Numbered from the stretch's first letter, positions 25,852-38,593 are shown. The stretch is 64,000 nucleotides of DNA from Cyanophora paradoxa CCMP329 (GCA_004431415.1 QPMI01000474.1:78913-142912), one strand, 5' to 3'. A program made the numbers and translations. Notes: a model not told the origin generated them from the letters alone.

Positions 25852-26113
25852 CCGTGTGGCACTATAATACCGCGCCCACTTAATTACCGCGGTACCAAAT
25901 TACCGCGTCGAGAATTTGTTAAAACGCGGTAATTTGGTCCCGCGGTAATTCGCTTCCGTGAAGTTACCCCATACAGTACCCCCCCGAATACCCGCCCCAT
26001 ACAAGCCTCTAGTTTTTTAAAACGCGGTAATTTGGTACCGCGGTATTTTGGCCACCCTCGTGCCGGAGTTTCTAACGCGGTAATTTATGCCGCGGTAATT
26101 TAGTGCCACACGG
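25852..26113. mobile_element. pogo/Tc1-type MITE with TA TSD
   Basis: TA|CCGTGTGGCACTA at 25850 and TAGTGCCACACGG|TA ending at 26115. Many AATTACCGCG/CGCGGTAATT subterminal repeats. TIR resembles that of the 786-2413 element. Confidence 0.85.
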
Positions 26114-26220
26114 TACTACGGTATACGTACCGTGCGGCGTACGTACGAGCCTCGGAGGCCGCTGCAGCTGCAAGGCTGTGCAAGCCTGCAAGTTGCTGCA
26201 AGTACTACGGTAGCCTGCAA

Positions 26221-26756
26221 CAGTGTTTGTGAAAGTTTACTCCCCGCCGGCACCCTGAAAGCTTTCATGAAAGCTTTCTGAAAGCTTTCTGAAAGGATTG
26301 CTCCCGGAGTCCCATACAAGGAAACCTTGCCCAGCGAAACCGGAAATATTTGTTTCCAGCAAGCGTCCAAACACAAGTCTATGCTTTCCAATGCCATCTC
26401 CAACTGCAATCTTAAAGCCCGCATGGCCCTCGTGTGCTCCTGAGCTCCTTTCAGCCAAGTTTCAGTGGAAGAGGGGGTACAGCTCCGGAGGCTGCCACCT
26501 TCCCCAGCGGCCCCCGCCCTTCCACAACGTCATGCAACCGTTTGCCCCGTGTGGCATTATGCTTTGTTGCACTCTAGCTTGCTCAAATCCGTCGTTTTCC
26601 GCATGAAACTCCGTCGGAAGGCCTGCTGTAGGGTACCCCCCCGTTGCAACGAAACTGAAAGCTTTCACCTGCGTTTTTAGGGCATGAAAGCTTTCAGAAA
26701 GCTTTCTAGAAAGCTTTCAAAATGAAAGCTTGCCACTGAAAGTATATCAAACACTG
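26221..26756. mobile_element. hAT-type MITE
   Basis: TIR CAGTGTTTG...CAAACACTG. Perfect 8-bp TSD GCCTGCAA at 26213-26220 and 26757-26764. GAAAGCTTTC subterminal repeats at both ends. Confidence 0.9.
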
Positions 26757-27839
26757 GCCTGCAACTGTACATGTACATGTGGCAATTGCAACTGTAGGCT
26801 AGTAGCTATAGGGCAATTGCCAGGCTTGCTCGCCGTAAGCGTCGACTCGGCGTCGGCTGAAGCCTTGACACTACTAGGCTAACAACCCGCGCTGCTGGGC
26901 CGGGCCGCGGCCGCTGAACTCAGCGACCTGAAGTCGTCGACGTCAGCAATCTGCGCAGGCTGCTATGACGCGTACGAGACTTGCAGCGCATTCATGTGCT
27001 GCACGCGCAGCAGCAGCTGGTCATGATCATATGCATGGCCTCAACATTAATCTGCTAGGCCTAGGCATTCTCCTTGTGGTCGTGCACGCGGCATTGCATA
27101 CACATATGCATGCATGTGGAGCAGAGGCGCTTGTACATCAAGCTTCCGAATCCTCGAAGACCTCGCCCTCGAGCTCGACACGTGCGTGCGATCCGTTAAC
27201 ATTCATGATCAACCGGTTGCTCGCACACCACGACCTGATCATGAATGCGTATACGCGTGATCATGAGCAGGTCGTCTCGCAAGCGTTATTGCAGATCCTG
27301 CCGTGCAAACTTGCAGTGCGTCACGCGTACGGCGCGCAAATGCATATACCTCGAGCTCCCATGGCCACTGCGCCCAGTCCAAGCCTTTTATCTAATATCT
27401 GTATCTAATCTTAATAAGCGTACGTACGTATACAATTGCAATTAAAAAGGGGCCTACTAGCTATAGGCTAGCTATAGGTCGGCACACCCGCCGCCAGTTC
27501 TATACTATGAAAGCTACCTAAGAGGATTGCTATAGCTATAGCTGTAAAGCTATAGCTAGATATAACTAGCGCTCATTAACTCCTTTAACCTCTCGGGGGC
27601 GAGCCCTCTCATCTCGGCGCCGCCGCCGCCCCGCATGCGCAGCCGGCCCCAGCTACCATAAATATTAATCTTCATAAGCTTTCCGCTCATGATCATGATC
27701 ATGAGCATGTCTCCAACTCTGGTGCAGGCGCGCACTTCGGGGGTGGCGAGAGCTACATCACCCTGCCCTCTTTGCACCTTGGCAATCCGATGTCCTTTGA
27801 GTTCTGGTGCGCGTTTCCCTGCTCAGTTCTGGAAACGCG

Positions 27840-29208
27840 CTTGTGAAGCCCAACGGACTGAAATTGGGATCAGGATCAAGCTCGGTCAGCGGCAGCAGGA
27901 CTGGACGCGCGTCTTCGACTTCTCGAACGGCGGGTCATATCGCGGGAATGTGGTGCGTCGGCTTTTGAACAGTCCCTGCAGCTGGCGACGTCGATGGCGA
28001 TACTGATTTCGCTGCCCGCCTCCCCTCTGGCCGATCGGCGCAGCTCATTGTTCTCCGCGCGGTGAGCGCGCAGCTAGCACGCATGCGCAGCTCCGCAGCT
28101 GCCGCCGTGGCTGCAGCATCTCCCGTCCGCAAGCGCCTGATCATGATCATGATGCACGTCGCTGACAGGACGCCGTCATCTCGAATGCTCCGAGCCCTGA
28201 CCACCTCTTCCTGATGGTTATGGATCGAGCTCGAACAAATGACCCAGTACCCCCGGTTTGCACGTTACTCTTTCTGTGGACCGACTGCGGCGCCGGCCGC
28301 GGGCCGGGTCGGGCGGGGCCCATATTAAAAGCACCCTTAAGCCTGTACATGTGCACGAGATATAGCCGCTGAGCTCTTGAACGGTCCCATGCCACTGATC
28401 GCCATCGGCCCGACTCCGCGTCCACAGGAATCACCGGAGGAGGACCAGGTCCATCTGTACTCGGCGTCCAGCACAGACACTGGTCAGATCGAGGTACGCA
28501 CGTGCACTTGCAAGAAGCGCGCTTGCCTGCAAGCGTGCAATTTCAATTGGATCACCGCTGCGTGCACGCAGGTAGGGCGGTGGTACCACGCGGTGACTGT
28601 GCTTGGGGCGGCCGGTGACCTGCACTTCTACCTGACGGACAGCGTGACGGGCACCCACGTCCACATCACCGACGGGACGCGCACCTCCGGCCCGCAGGGG
28701 CAGAACGTGACCATTCTGCCGAGCGGGCCACGCAGCGATAATTACATCGGCAGAGTTGCAACACCGGTGCGCGCTTAAGTTTGCAAGAGACGCGCACTTC
28801 CGATGCTCGCGATCGTGGATTGCTTCGAGCGCTAGCAATCTAGCTCGGTTTAAAGTATAGGTTCGATCAGAATGCCGGCGCCCGACTGAGCGCAAACATA
28901 CGTGCAGGACCCCAAGCTGTACACGCCGACGAACATGCAGCTGTCCGGTGCGTCCGCCTGTAAACATCTCATTTAAACAAATTTAGAGCCTTTGAGCTAT
29001 ATTCTCAAGTTCGCCTGCACGTTCGACATGAGGACGCGCCTGGGGTCGCAACCGCAAATGCATCTATACATGCACATGCTGACTTCGAAACCGCGGCCGG
29101 CCGCGGGCGCGTGCAGGCTTTCGGGTGTGGCCGGCGGCGCTTTCGGCGAGCGAGGTGCAGACGCTGGCGGCGGGTGGAGACATTGGGCGGCAGCCGCTCG
29201 TGCACCTC
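27840..29208 (+). pseudogene. host LamG/concanavalin-like domain gene, truncated at the viral left end
   Basis: Exon-like pieces WTRVFDFSNG, WYHAVTV...HFYL, DNYIGR, FRVWPAALSASEV (LamG_3-like). The frame runs directly into the viral TIR at 29209. Confidence 0.55.
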
Positions 29209-30387
29209 ACACATAGTAAAATGCGGAGTTTTAACCCTCGGCTTATCTTAATTGATTTTGTTGATATATCTCGTATATTCTATTTCAATCAATCGATAAT
29301 CTGTGTATATCTTATCGAATATTCATTTATTTCGATTATTTTGTATTCTTTTCGATATTTTATCGTAAATTTCTCTTATTTTCCGATTAGTCTTACTGAG
29401 TCTATCGATAATCTGTATATATTTCCGAATAATATAACTGAATCTCAATTAGATCTTGCCTCTGGTTAAAACTCCGCATTTTACTATGTGTGATTGGTCT
29501 AAAAGGTAATTGATTTAATCGATATTATATTCATGTACTTTCTCGATTAAATTTAATTAAATTTAATTCATTTAATCGGAAATATATCGCTAAACTCGAT
29601 TAAGATCCATAAAAGATTCATTTGTTAAATAAAACAAATCGATCTCTTATTGAATTCAATCGTAATTATACATGAAATTGATATGTTATTATCATGTTTT
29701 AATGATTCTAAGGGGGGACCCTTAGGATTTTTGAAATAATTGGGTGTGACAGGTGTGACAGGTCTATCCCAAACTTTTGATAGTTCATTTTTATGTTATA
29801 GAAAAGTTTGGGATAGACCTGTCACACCTGTCACACAAACCATATTCAGTAAGGATCTCTTTTAATGTTAAAATTTCAGTGTTAGTTGGTGTAGTTGATT
29901 CACAAAATGCATCCTGTCACACCTGTCACACAAACCATATTCAGTAAGGATCTCTTTTATAATGAAAAACTCAGTAACAATAAGTAAGAAGTTTATCTAT
30001 GTAATTCTACTTGAATAAACAAATGAAATAATCGAGTGTGACAGGTGTGACAGGTCCATCCCAAACTTTTGAGAGTTCATTTTTATGCTATAGAAAAGTT
30101 TGGGATAGACCTGTCACACCTGTCACACAAACCATATTCAGTAAGGACCTCATATATTGGTAAAATCTCAGTGTTAGTTGGTGTAGTTGATTCAAAAAAT
30201 GCATTTATACTCTGATTCATTGTTATTTCCTGTGAAATTTGAGTCAACTCAACCCACTTAGTCAACCCTTGCATTGAATTCGTAACAAAATCCATATACT
30301 TTTACTACTTTTACGATTAATATGAGTCAACCTTGAGTCCACTTAAATATAAATATAATATAATAGGGGGAATCAAGGGGAGATGCT
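29209..30387 (+). repeat. left terminal inverted repeat (~1.15 kb)
   Basis: Reverse complement of 59492-60644. Confidence 0.92.
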
Positions 30388-30680
30388 TATAAACATATGA
30401 GTTATTGAGCCTATGATACTTACATAGTCACGCTGGTCTCGGTAAGAGGATTCCGAATCTGTTTTTATCTTTGTGAGATGATGAGTTGGTGAAGAGATAC
30501 ATGCGTTTTAGTGTTTTGTATCGGATTTCATGTTATGACGTCATAATGACGATGCATATGTATATGATATATATGATATACCACGTGACTCGGGAGATCA
30601 TGACGATCACGGCGATGCAGTCAGTGTGATGTTATGATGCATCATGTAATGACTCATTCAATGACTCATTAAATGACGCA

Positions 30681-30810
30681 ATTTGGTGTATCCCCGTTTT
30701 CATGAGCCATTAAATAACTTATTTTATGATGAAATTTGGTGTATCCCTGTTTTCATGAGCCATTAAATGACTCATTTTATGATGAAATTTGGTGTATCCC
30801 TGTTTTTATG
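30681..30810. repeat. 53-bp tandem repeat (2.5 copies), also present in the duplicate at ~33606-33735
   Basis: ATTTGGTGTATCCC... units start at 30681, 30734 and 30787. Confidence 0.85.
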
Positions 30811-31047
30811 ATTTATTACATCACTAATGATGAGGTATTTATCACAGTCGAAGTTTCGCCGAAGTTTCGGTATTTCGCTGTCGGCATCTTCAAACGCTTG
30901 TATCTCATCACCAGATCATCGAAACGCAACGTTCTGCATAGCGCTGTGAAGCGCTTGATAAGATCTACAAGACTATGTGTATATCATGTGCATATATGTA
31001 TATCAGTCATACATATATTTGGAAAAAACGAGTTTTTGCCTAGCAAA

Positions 31048-32143
31048 CTAGCTAGTTTTGGTCCTTTCTCTTAGTGTTCTCTGAGGTTTAGGGGCTGTAT
31101 ATGACTCCTTAGTAGTCTGAAAGTCATTATACCATCTCTGGCTATTAACCTCAGAAAGTTTCTGTGTCCCTGCTATAGTGAGCTTTTTGAGTTCCCTGTT
31201 AACTTTCCCAGCCTTCTCCTTTCTAGCCTCTATCAAAGGCTTATCTGGACTTCATTAGCAGCTTCTATGCCTTCTCTCCTTATAGCAGCATCAGCCCTGG
31301 CTTCCTCTTTAGCTTGCTCCAAGGCATCCACTGTAGGGGTTTCTAGATATTCAACTGCATTCACAGGCAACAGCTCATGGAAAGCAAACCTGTTTTCTAT
31401 GATCTCACCAGTGGGACTCCTTAGCTTAAACTTAAAGCCTTCCCTACTATCAACAGTGTAAACCATCCTAGACCAATTGTTACCCTGTTTAGCAAAGGGG
31501 TTCTTCTCAACTTTCACTCTAACAAACATGCCAGGCTGCATGGTATCAAGGTAAGCTATTGATTTCTTGAATCTTTCATCTTCTAATCCCACTATATACC
31601 TATAATGCTCCTCTGTAGTTTCGCCTGGCTTCATCTTAGTAGCTGAGTGAACTGTATTATTGTAATTATACTCAATATCACCTAACACATCAAAGAATCT
31701 AGCTGTGTTATTAGCTATGCAATAGTTTGTGATCAGTCTCTTAATCTGCTTGTTAAAGGCTTCAATTCGACCTTGGCTTCTGTGGTCTGCAGTTCCACTC
31801 ACTTGGTGTTCTATGTATTTACTAGATAAATACTCCTGGAATATTCGATTTTGGAACTCACTCCCAGCATCTGATTGAACCTTTACTATGGGTCTTGCTA
31901 CTCTCATCTCAAGCTGTTTAAATGCAGCCAATGTAGTGAGAGCTGATTTATCCCTTATAGGTATGATATACCCAGTTCTCAGTGTAGATTCCATTGCAGT
32001 CATAAAGGTATCATAGCCATTGTTTTGTTTCTTATAAGCTGGGAAAAAGAGCAAATCAATCACATAGGTATCAAGGGGTTGCCTAATTGGGACCATGGGA
32101 TCTCTCTTCCTAGATATAGCAGGTGCATTGATCTGAACAACTT
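31048..32143 (-). pseudogene. 5'-truncated duplicate copy of the rve integrase
   Basis: Near-identical to 33973-35068 and cut at 32143 by the second TIR copy. Confidence 0.88.
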
Positions 32144-32149
32144 AAAACT

Positions 32150-33312
32150 CGGAGTTTTAACCCTCGGCTTATCTTAATTGATTTTGTTGATATATCTCGT
32201 ATATTCTATTTCAATCAATCGATAATCTGTGTATATCTTATCGAATATTCATTTATTTCGATTATTTTGTATTCTTTTCGATATTTTATCGTAAATTTCT
32301 CTTATTTTCCGATTAGTCTTACTGAGTCTATCGATAATCTGTATATATTTCCGAATAATATAACTGAATCTCAATTAGATCTTGCCTCTGGTTAAAACTC
32401 CGCATTTTACTATGTGTGATTGGTCTAAAAGGTAATTGATTTAATCGATATTATATTCATGTACTTTCTCGATTAAATTTAATTAAATTTAATTCATTTA
32501 ATCGGAAATATATCGCTAAACTCGATTAAGATCCATAAAAGATTCATTTGTTAAATAAAACAAATCGATCTCTTATTGAATTCAATCGTAATTATACATG
32601 AAATTGATATGTTATTATCATGTTTTAATGATTCTAAGGGGGGACCCTTAGGATTTTTGAAATAATTGGGTGTGACAGGTGTGACAGGTCTATCCCAAAC
32701 TTTTGATAGTTCATTTTATGTTATAGAAAAGTTTGGGATAGACCTGTCACACCTGTCACACAAACCATATTCAGTAAGGATCTCTTTTAATGTTAAAATT
32801 TCAGTGTTAGTTGGTGTAGTTGATTCACAAAATGCATCCTGTCACACCTGTCACACAAACCATATTCAGTAAGGATCTCTTTTATAATGAAAAACTCAGT
32901 AACAATAAGTAAGAAGTTTATCTATGTAATTCTACTTGAATAAACAAATGAAATAATCGAGTGTGACAGGTGTGACAGGTCCATCCCAAACTTTTGAGAG
33001 TTCATTTTTATGCTATAGAAAAGTTTGGGATAGACCTGTCACACCTGTCACACAAACCATATTCAGTAAGGACCTCATATATTGGTAAAATCTCAGTGTT
33101 AGTTGGTGTAGTTGATTCAAAAAATGCATTTATACTCTGATTCATTGTTATTTCCTGTGAAATTTGAGTCAACTCAACCCACTTAGTCAACCCTTGCATT
33201 GAATTCGTAACAAAATCCATATACTTTTACTACTTTTACGATTAATATGAGTCAACCTTGAGTCCACTTAAATATAAATATAATATAATAGGGGGAATCA
33301 AGGGGAGATGCT
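32150..33312 (+). repeat. second (internal) copy of the left TIR, lacking the first 15 bp
   Basis: Matches 29224-30387 at an offset of ~2925 bp. Confidence 0.9.
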
Positions 33313-33972
33313 TATAAACATATGAGTTATTGAGCCTATGATACTTACATAGTCACGCTGGTCTCGGTAAGAGGATTCCGAATCTGTTTTTATCTTTGTG
33401 AGATGATGAGTTGGTGAAGAGATACATGCGTTTTAGTGTTTTGTATCGGATTTCATGTTATGACGTCATAATGACGATGCATATGTATATGATATATATG
33501 ATATACCACGTGACTCGGGAGATCATGACGATCACGGCGATGCAGTCAGTGTGATGTTATGATGCATCATGTAATGACTCATTCAATGACTCATTAAATG
33601 ACGCAATTTGGTGTATCCCCGTTTTCATGAGCCATTAAATAACTTATTTTATGATGAAATTTGGTGTATCCCTGTTTTCATGAGCCATTAAATGACTCAT
33701 TTTATGATGAAATTTGGTGTATCCCTGTTTTTATGATTTATTACATCACTAATGATGAGGTATTTATCACAGTCGAAGTTTCGCCGAAGTTTCGGTATTT
33801 CGCTGTCGGCATCTTCAAACGCTTGTATCTCATCACCAGATCATCGAAACGCAACGTTCTGCATAGCGCTGTGAAGCGCTTGATAAGATCTACAAGACTA
33901 TGTGTATATCATGTGCATATATGTATATCAGTCATACATATATTTGGAAAAAACGAGTTTTTGCCTAGCAAA

Positions 33973-35356
33973 CTAGCTAGTTTTGGTCCTTTCTCTTAGT
34001 GTTCTCTGAGGTTTAGGGGCTGTATATGACTCCTTAGTAGTCTGAAAGTCATTATACCATCTCTGGCTATTAACCTCAGAAAGTTTCTGTGTCCCTGCTA
34101 TAGTGAGCTTTTTGAGTTCCCTGTTAACTTTCCCAGCCTTCTCCTTTCTAGCCTCTATCAAAGGCTTATCTGGGACTTCATTAGCAGCTTCTATGCCTTC
34201 TCTCCTTATAGCAGCATCAGCCCTGGCTTCCTCTTTAGCTTGCTCCAAGGCATCCACTGTAGGGGTTTCTAGATATTCAACTGCATTCACAGGCAACAGC
34301 TCATGGAAAGCAAACCTGTTTTCTATGATCTCACCAGTGGGACTCCTTAGCTTAAACTTAAAGCCTTCCCTACTATCAACAGTGTAAACCATCCTAGACC
34401 AATTGTTACCCTGTTTAGCAAAGGGTTCTTCTCAACTTTCACTCTAACAAACATGCCAGGCTGCATGGTATCAAGGTAAGCTATTGATTTCTTGAATCTT
34501 TCATCTTCTAATCCCACTATATACCTATAATGCTCCTCTGTAGTTTCGCCTGGCTTCATCTTAGTAGCTGAGTGAACTGTATTATTGTAATTATACTCAA
34601 TATCACCTAACACATCAAAGAATCTAGCTGTGTTATTAGCTATGCAATAGTTTGTGATCAGTCTCTTAATCTGCTTGTTAAAGGCTTCAATTCGACCTTG
34701 GCTTCTGTGGTCTGCAGTTCCACTCACTTGGTGTTCTATGTATTTACTAGATAAATACTCCTGGAATATTCGATTTTGGAACTCACTCCCAGCATCTGAT
34801 TGAACCTTTACTATGGGTCTTGCTACTCTCATCTCAAGCTGTTTAAATGCAGCCAATGTAGTGAGAGCTGATTTATCCCTTATAGGTATGATATACCCAG
34901 TTCTCAGTGTAGATTCCATTGCAGTCATAAAGGTATCATAGCCATTGTTTTGTTTCTTATAAGCTGGGAAAAAGAGCAAATCAATCACATAGGTATCAAG
35001 GGGTTGCCTAATTGGGACCATGGGATCTCTCTTCCTAGATATAGCAGGTGCATTGATCTGAACAACTTCTTGTTTTTTATAGAACTCTTGCAACTGCTTA
35101 TAGGATTCATCAGGTAACTCAGCCCTCATAGCTTGAAGCCCTTTGTAACCAGTTCTCACATCATAGAATCTCTTGGCAATCTTGCTGGTTTCTTTCACTG
35201 CAATAGCAACTGGGATCTCTACTGGGACAAGCTCTTTCATCTCTGACTTTTTTACAATTCGAGATTCTCCCTTTTCCTCCTTGGAACTGTGATAGGCAGT
35301 AGGTTACCTTGTAGTTGCTCAGTGGTTCTCCTAACTATTCTTCCAGTTGCTGGCAT
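33973..35356 (-). CDS. retroviral-like (rve, DDE) integrase of Polinton type, frameshifted
   Basis: YVIDL, VQSDAGSEF and GRIEAFN (D-D-E). YNNTVHSATKMKP. PGMFVRV...NWS SH3/KOW-like tail. Confidence 0.93.
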
Positions 35357-35359
35357 CTC

Positions 35360-38300
35360 TTAATTAAAAGGAACAGAATTAATACCATCTGGTAAGATGT
35401 ATCTCTTTGCATCAAAGCAGTTTAGGGCAACCCTTCTACTCACAGTGTCTATTATTGTGTGATCTGCCCTTCTTTTCTGCTTTGCAGTCACAGTCTTGCT
35501 GATACCTGCAAATAAACACTGTTTTAAATCATTAAATTGGAGTTCCTCAGTTGAAGTCCCAGAGAGCTTACTCCTCTCAATCTCAGCAGTTCTGAAACTG
35601 TAAACTTTAGCTCTCAGACCCACATACTCCAATATAGCAGAGCCAGGCATTTCATTTTTGTATTTACCTGGGGTCATTCTGGAATCACCTCCAAGGTCTA
35701 ATGCATAGGATATATTCTCTATATCTTTTTGTAGGGTCTTAGATTCGATATATAGACAAAAGGAGTCAGTATCATGGAATAGTAACTTTGCTTTTGTCCA
35801 TTGGGACCTTACAGTATCATAGAAGAACTTGTAGTTATGCAGTTTGGCTGCATCCAGAACATAAGCCCCAATAGCAACTGGCTTATCTAGCTTCACATGC
35901 TTTGTGTAAAACTCAAAGGCAACTGCTTTTTCGTTTATGGACTTGTTGATTTCACCAATGGGGAGGCTGCATATTTCATAAACAGTTTCTCACTGTTTGC
36001 AATCTTAACCACAGATCTACCTCTGCAAGATTCAATGCATTTCCCATAGATTGAGTTATTCATGAGTTTATAGAAATCAGCCTCGAATTTATTCACTGCT
36101 TTCCTTCTCATCTCAGTATTCAGCTCAATGTAGGGTTTCATTACAGGAGCCACAGTAAATGATAGGACCCTGTGAACCTTCTTTAGTTTCACCCCTTTGT
36201 CCAACAGATACTGTAGAAGAGGCTCAGAAATCACATAGTTGGTCACAGAACCAAAGGTTGCAGTTAGCTTAGGGGTCTTATCAAGCTCTTCTCCTGAGAG
36301 ATCTAATAGGCTCTTTTGATATTGTGATAATTCTGCATATTCTACTATTTTCTTGTTAATAATTAGGGGGAAATCACTGTGGTCTAGATATAGCCTAATT
36401 GGGTAATCCAGATCAACTTCCAGGAAACTGGATCTGTTATCTTGTGGGTTGAATTCGGTCTCCCATCTAAAATCACCAACTGGGATTGGCTGACTCAAAC
36501 AGTAGCCATACAAGTTGTTAGCATCAAACAGCATTATATGGGAGTTCTCACCATCAGCCTCAGCATACCTACAAGGCATTGTTGCAAAGCCACCCTGATT
36601 CCCCTCTCAACAAATTCGTATTGCTCTACATCACTTATAAGCTCTATTTTTGCCTTGGTGGTCCTAAGCATAGCATCCCAAGATAACCCAGGTGCAGATA
36701 CATAATGAACTGGGTCCAATCCATATACTGAGTGTGAAAGCCTTCTGAAAGCCTGGAATTTGCTCATTAACTCATCTACATCAGCAGCCCCAAAGTCCAT
36801 AAAATTACTTGCATCAATGAACTTGTAAAGACCCCATTGCAATGAAAGGTATTGATCAAAGTTTTTCGAAAGGATTTCGATTCGCTTTTTATCACCCATG
36901 CCTGCTATTTTTCTGAAAATGAATGTCCCACAGTCATCCATTTGGTCAACAACCACTGCTACTTTTGTTTGCTTTGAGATTCTCCTATGGAGATTGCAGT
37001 TTCTGCATGCAGGTGCAATGTAATTACCTGTGTGGTGATCATGATCCCTGCATTTGAAGTTTTCCTTGGTGAACCTCTCACTGCAAAGGTAACAGTGTTT
37101 GGTAGCTCTGTAAATAGCCTTTTGCTCATCTGTGAGTTCATTCATGGAATATTGGTGAACAGGAAATCGATTAGCTCTCTTGCTTTGGACTCCAAGCATT
37201 CAAACAGACCTCCCATTGGATCCTGACCCTCAAATCGAAACTCCTGAACATCTGCCCCAGTGACTATTCTAATGTTGACTGCTGAGACTTCCCTCTTGGA
37301 TTTCGATGCATCAATGGGGATGCTTCTATGTTCAATCTTGCAGTAAACCACAACAGGAAGCCAGACAGTTTTCCTGAGGTTTTTCAGTCCAAACTCTATT
37401 GTGGTGTCAGGCTTAGGGTGATTCCCTTTGAGAGTCTCCAATCAATGCATCTGTTTGAGTCCACATGAGCAGTGAGTTTAGCCTCAGACCTGAATCGAGA
37501 TAAGCATGTATCACAGTAGTGTAACTTTTGATCCTTGGTTTTATCAAGGGCAACTCTGAGAAGTCTTGAAAGGGACATGATAGTAATATAGTGACCATTC
37601 CCTTCATCATCATGAATGAGCATTAGATTAATCTTTTGCTTTCTGCCTGGGTTGCTGGATTGATGTAGGGATATATAACATCTCCATCCATTCCAAATAT
37701 GTTTATGCTGATGCCTGCATTTTGAGATTCGAATTTATCAATGATTTCAGCATCACAAGGAACAGGGAATGGATATTGTCGAAATTGAGAGCCAAAGGAT
37801 TGTATGTGGTTGGTGAGTATTTCCATTTGCGATATTGTGTAAGCTCACTTCTCTTGTGGAATTTACATCTTTCCTATGGATCCATGCCAAAATGGCATTT
37901 TCAAAGCAAGAATCATCAATATTTCGAATATTCACTGTGGCTCTCTTGGCTGCAATTGATTCTGGTGTTTTAACATAGCAGCCACCAGTTGGGCATAACT
38001 CATAATAGCAACTCTTAGCATTTCGATTCTCTCCAATCGATAGCTATCAACAACATTCATCTGTTCCTGACACATTTGGGCTGCTTTATTCAGCTCAGTT
38101 CGAATATTTCTCGATTTGGTTAATACAAAATAATCGCTGTAAATGTATTTCGATATCCAAACCTGTGGATTGCTGACTTTTACGAACTTGCAGATAAACG
38201 ACAAGCGAACTTTGATTGCCCTGAATTGATCCAGACTATCTCTTAAACGTTTGGTAGAGAGGTTGCAATTCTATCTAAATATTCAATCACATCTACCACA

Positions 38301-38593
38301 ACTTCCCTTCTGGCTCTGTATGTGAGCCAGCGATATAATTCATTCATGGCTGTTCCATCTTCTGCCTCTGGTTCTATTTGCCTCAGGCGATCGAGTTCAT
38401 CAAGAGTCTCAACTTTGTCATAGAGGTTATTGGCTTTTCTGGTTAATTTTGCTAAAGTGGGTCTGCCCTTGAAATAAATCCGATTTCCCGGTCATATTCA
38501 GCCTCTGTGATTTCATGGCTGCATACAGTGTTCCCAGTAATCCCATAAGTTCCCATTTCTTCTCTCTAATGAGTCTGTTGCTAATTCGGGCAT
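35360..38593 (-). CDS. protein-primed family B DNA polymerase (Maverick type), frameshifted
   Basis: DANNLYG (motif A), KLMNNSIYGK (B), DTDS (C), LRAKVYS. Endonuclease-VII-like Zn insert CYLC...DHDHHTG...CRNCNL. N-terminal NIRNIDDSCF...GHY region typical of Maverick PolB. Confidence 0.93.

Noticed and set aside
27840-29208. Host LamG-like gene as donor of the viral fibre LamG domain
   Set aside because: Only generic fold motifs are shared, with no visible nucleotide similarity and very different composition.
1-29208. Naming the host species (style recalls GC-rich algae such as a glaucophyte)
   Set aside because: No marker gene in the window allows a supported assignment without a search.
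29744-30150. Repeats in the TIR as a CRISPR array
   Set aside because: They are inverted and irregularly spaced, with no unique spacers and no cas genes.
29125-31074. Small ORFs in the TIR and spacer (29125-29469, 30083-30295, 30736-31074 and their copies)
   Set aside because: They overlap hairpins or repeats and show no recognisable motifs.
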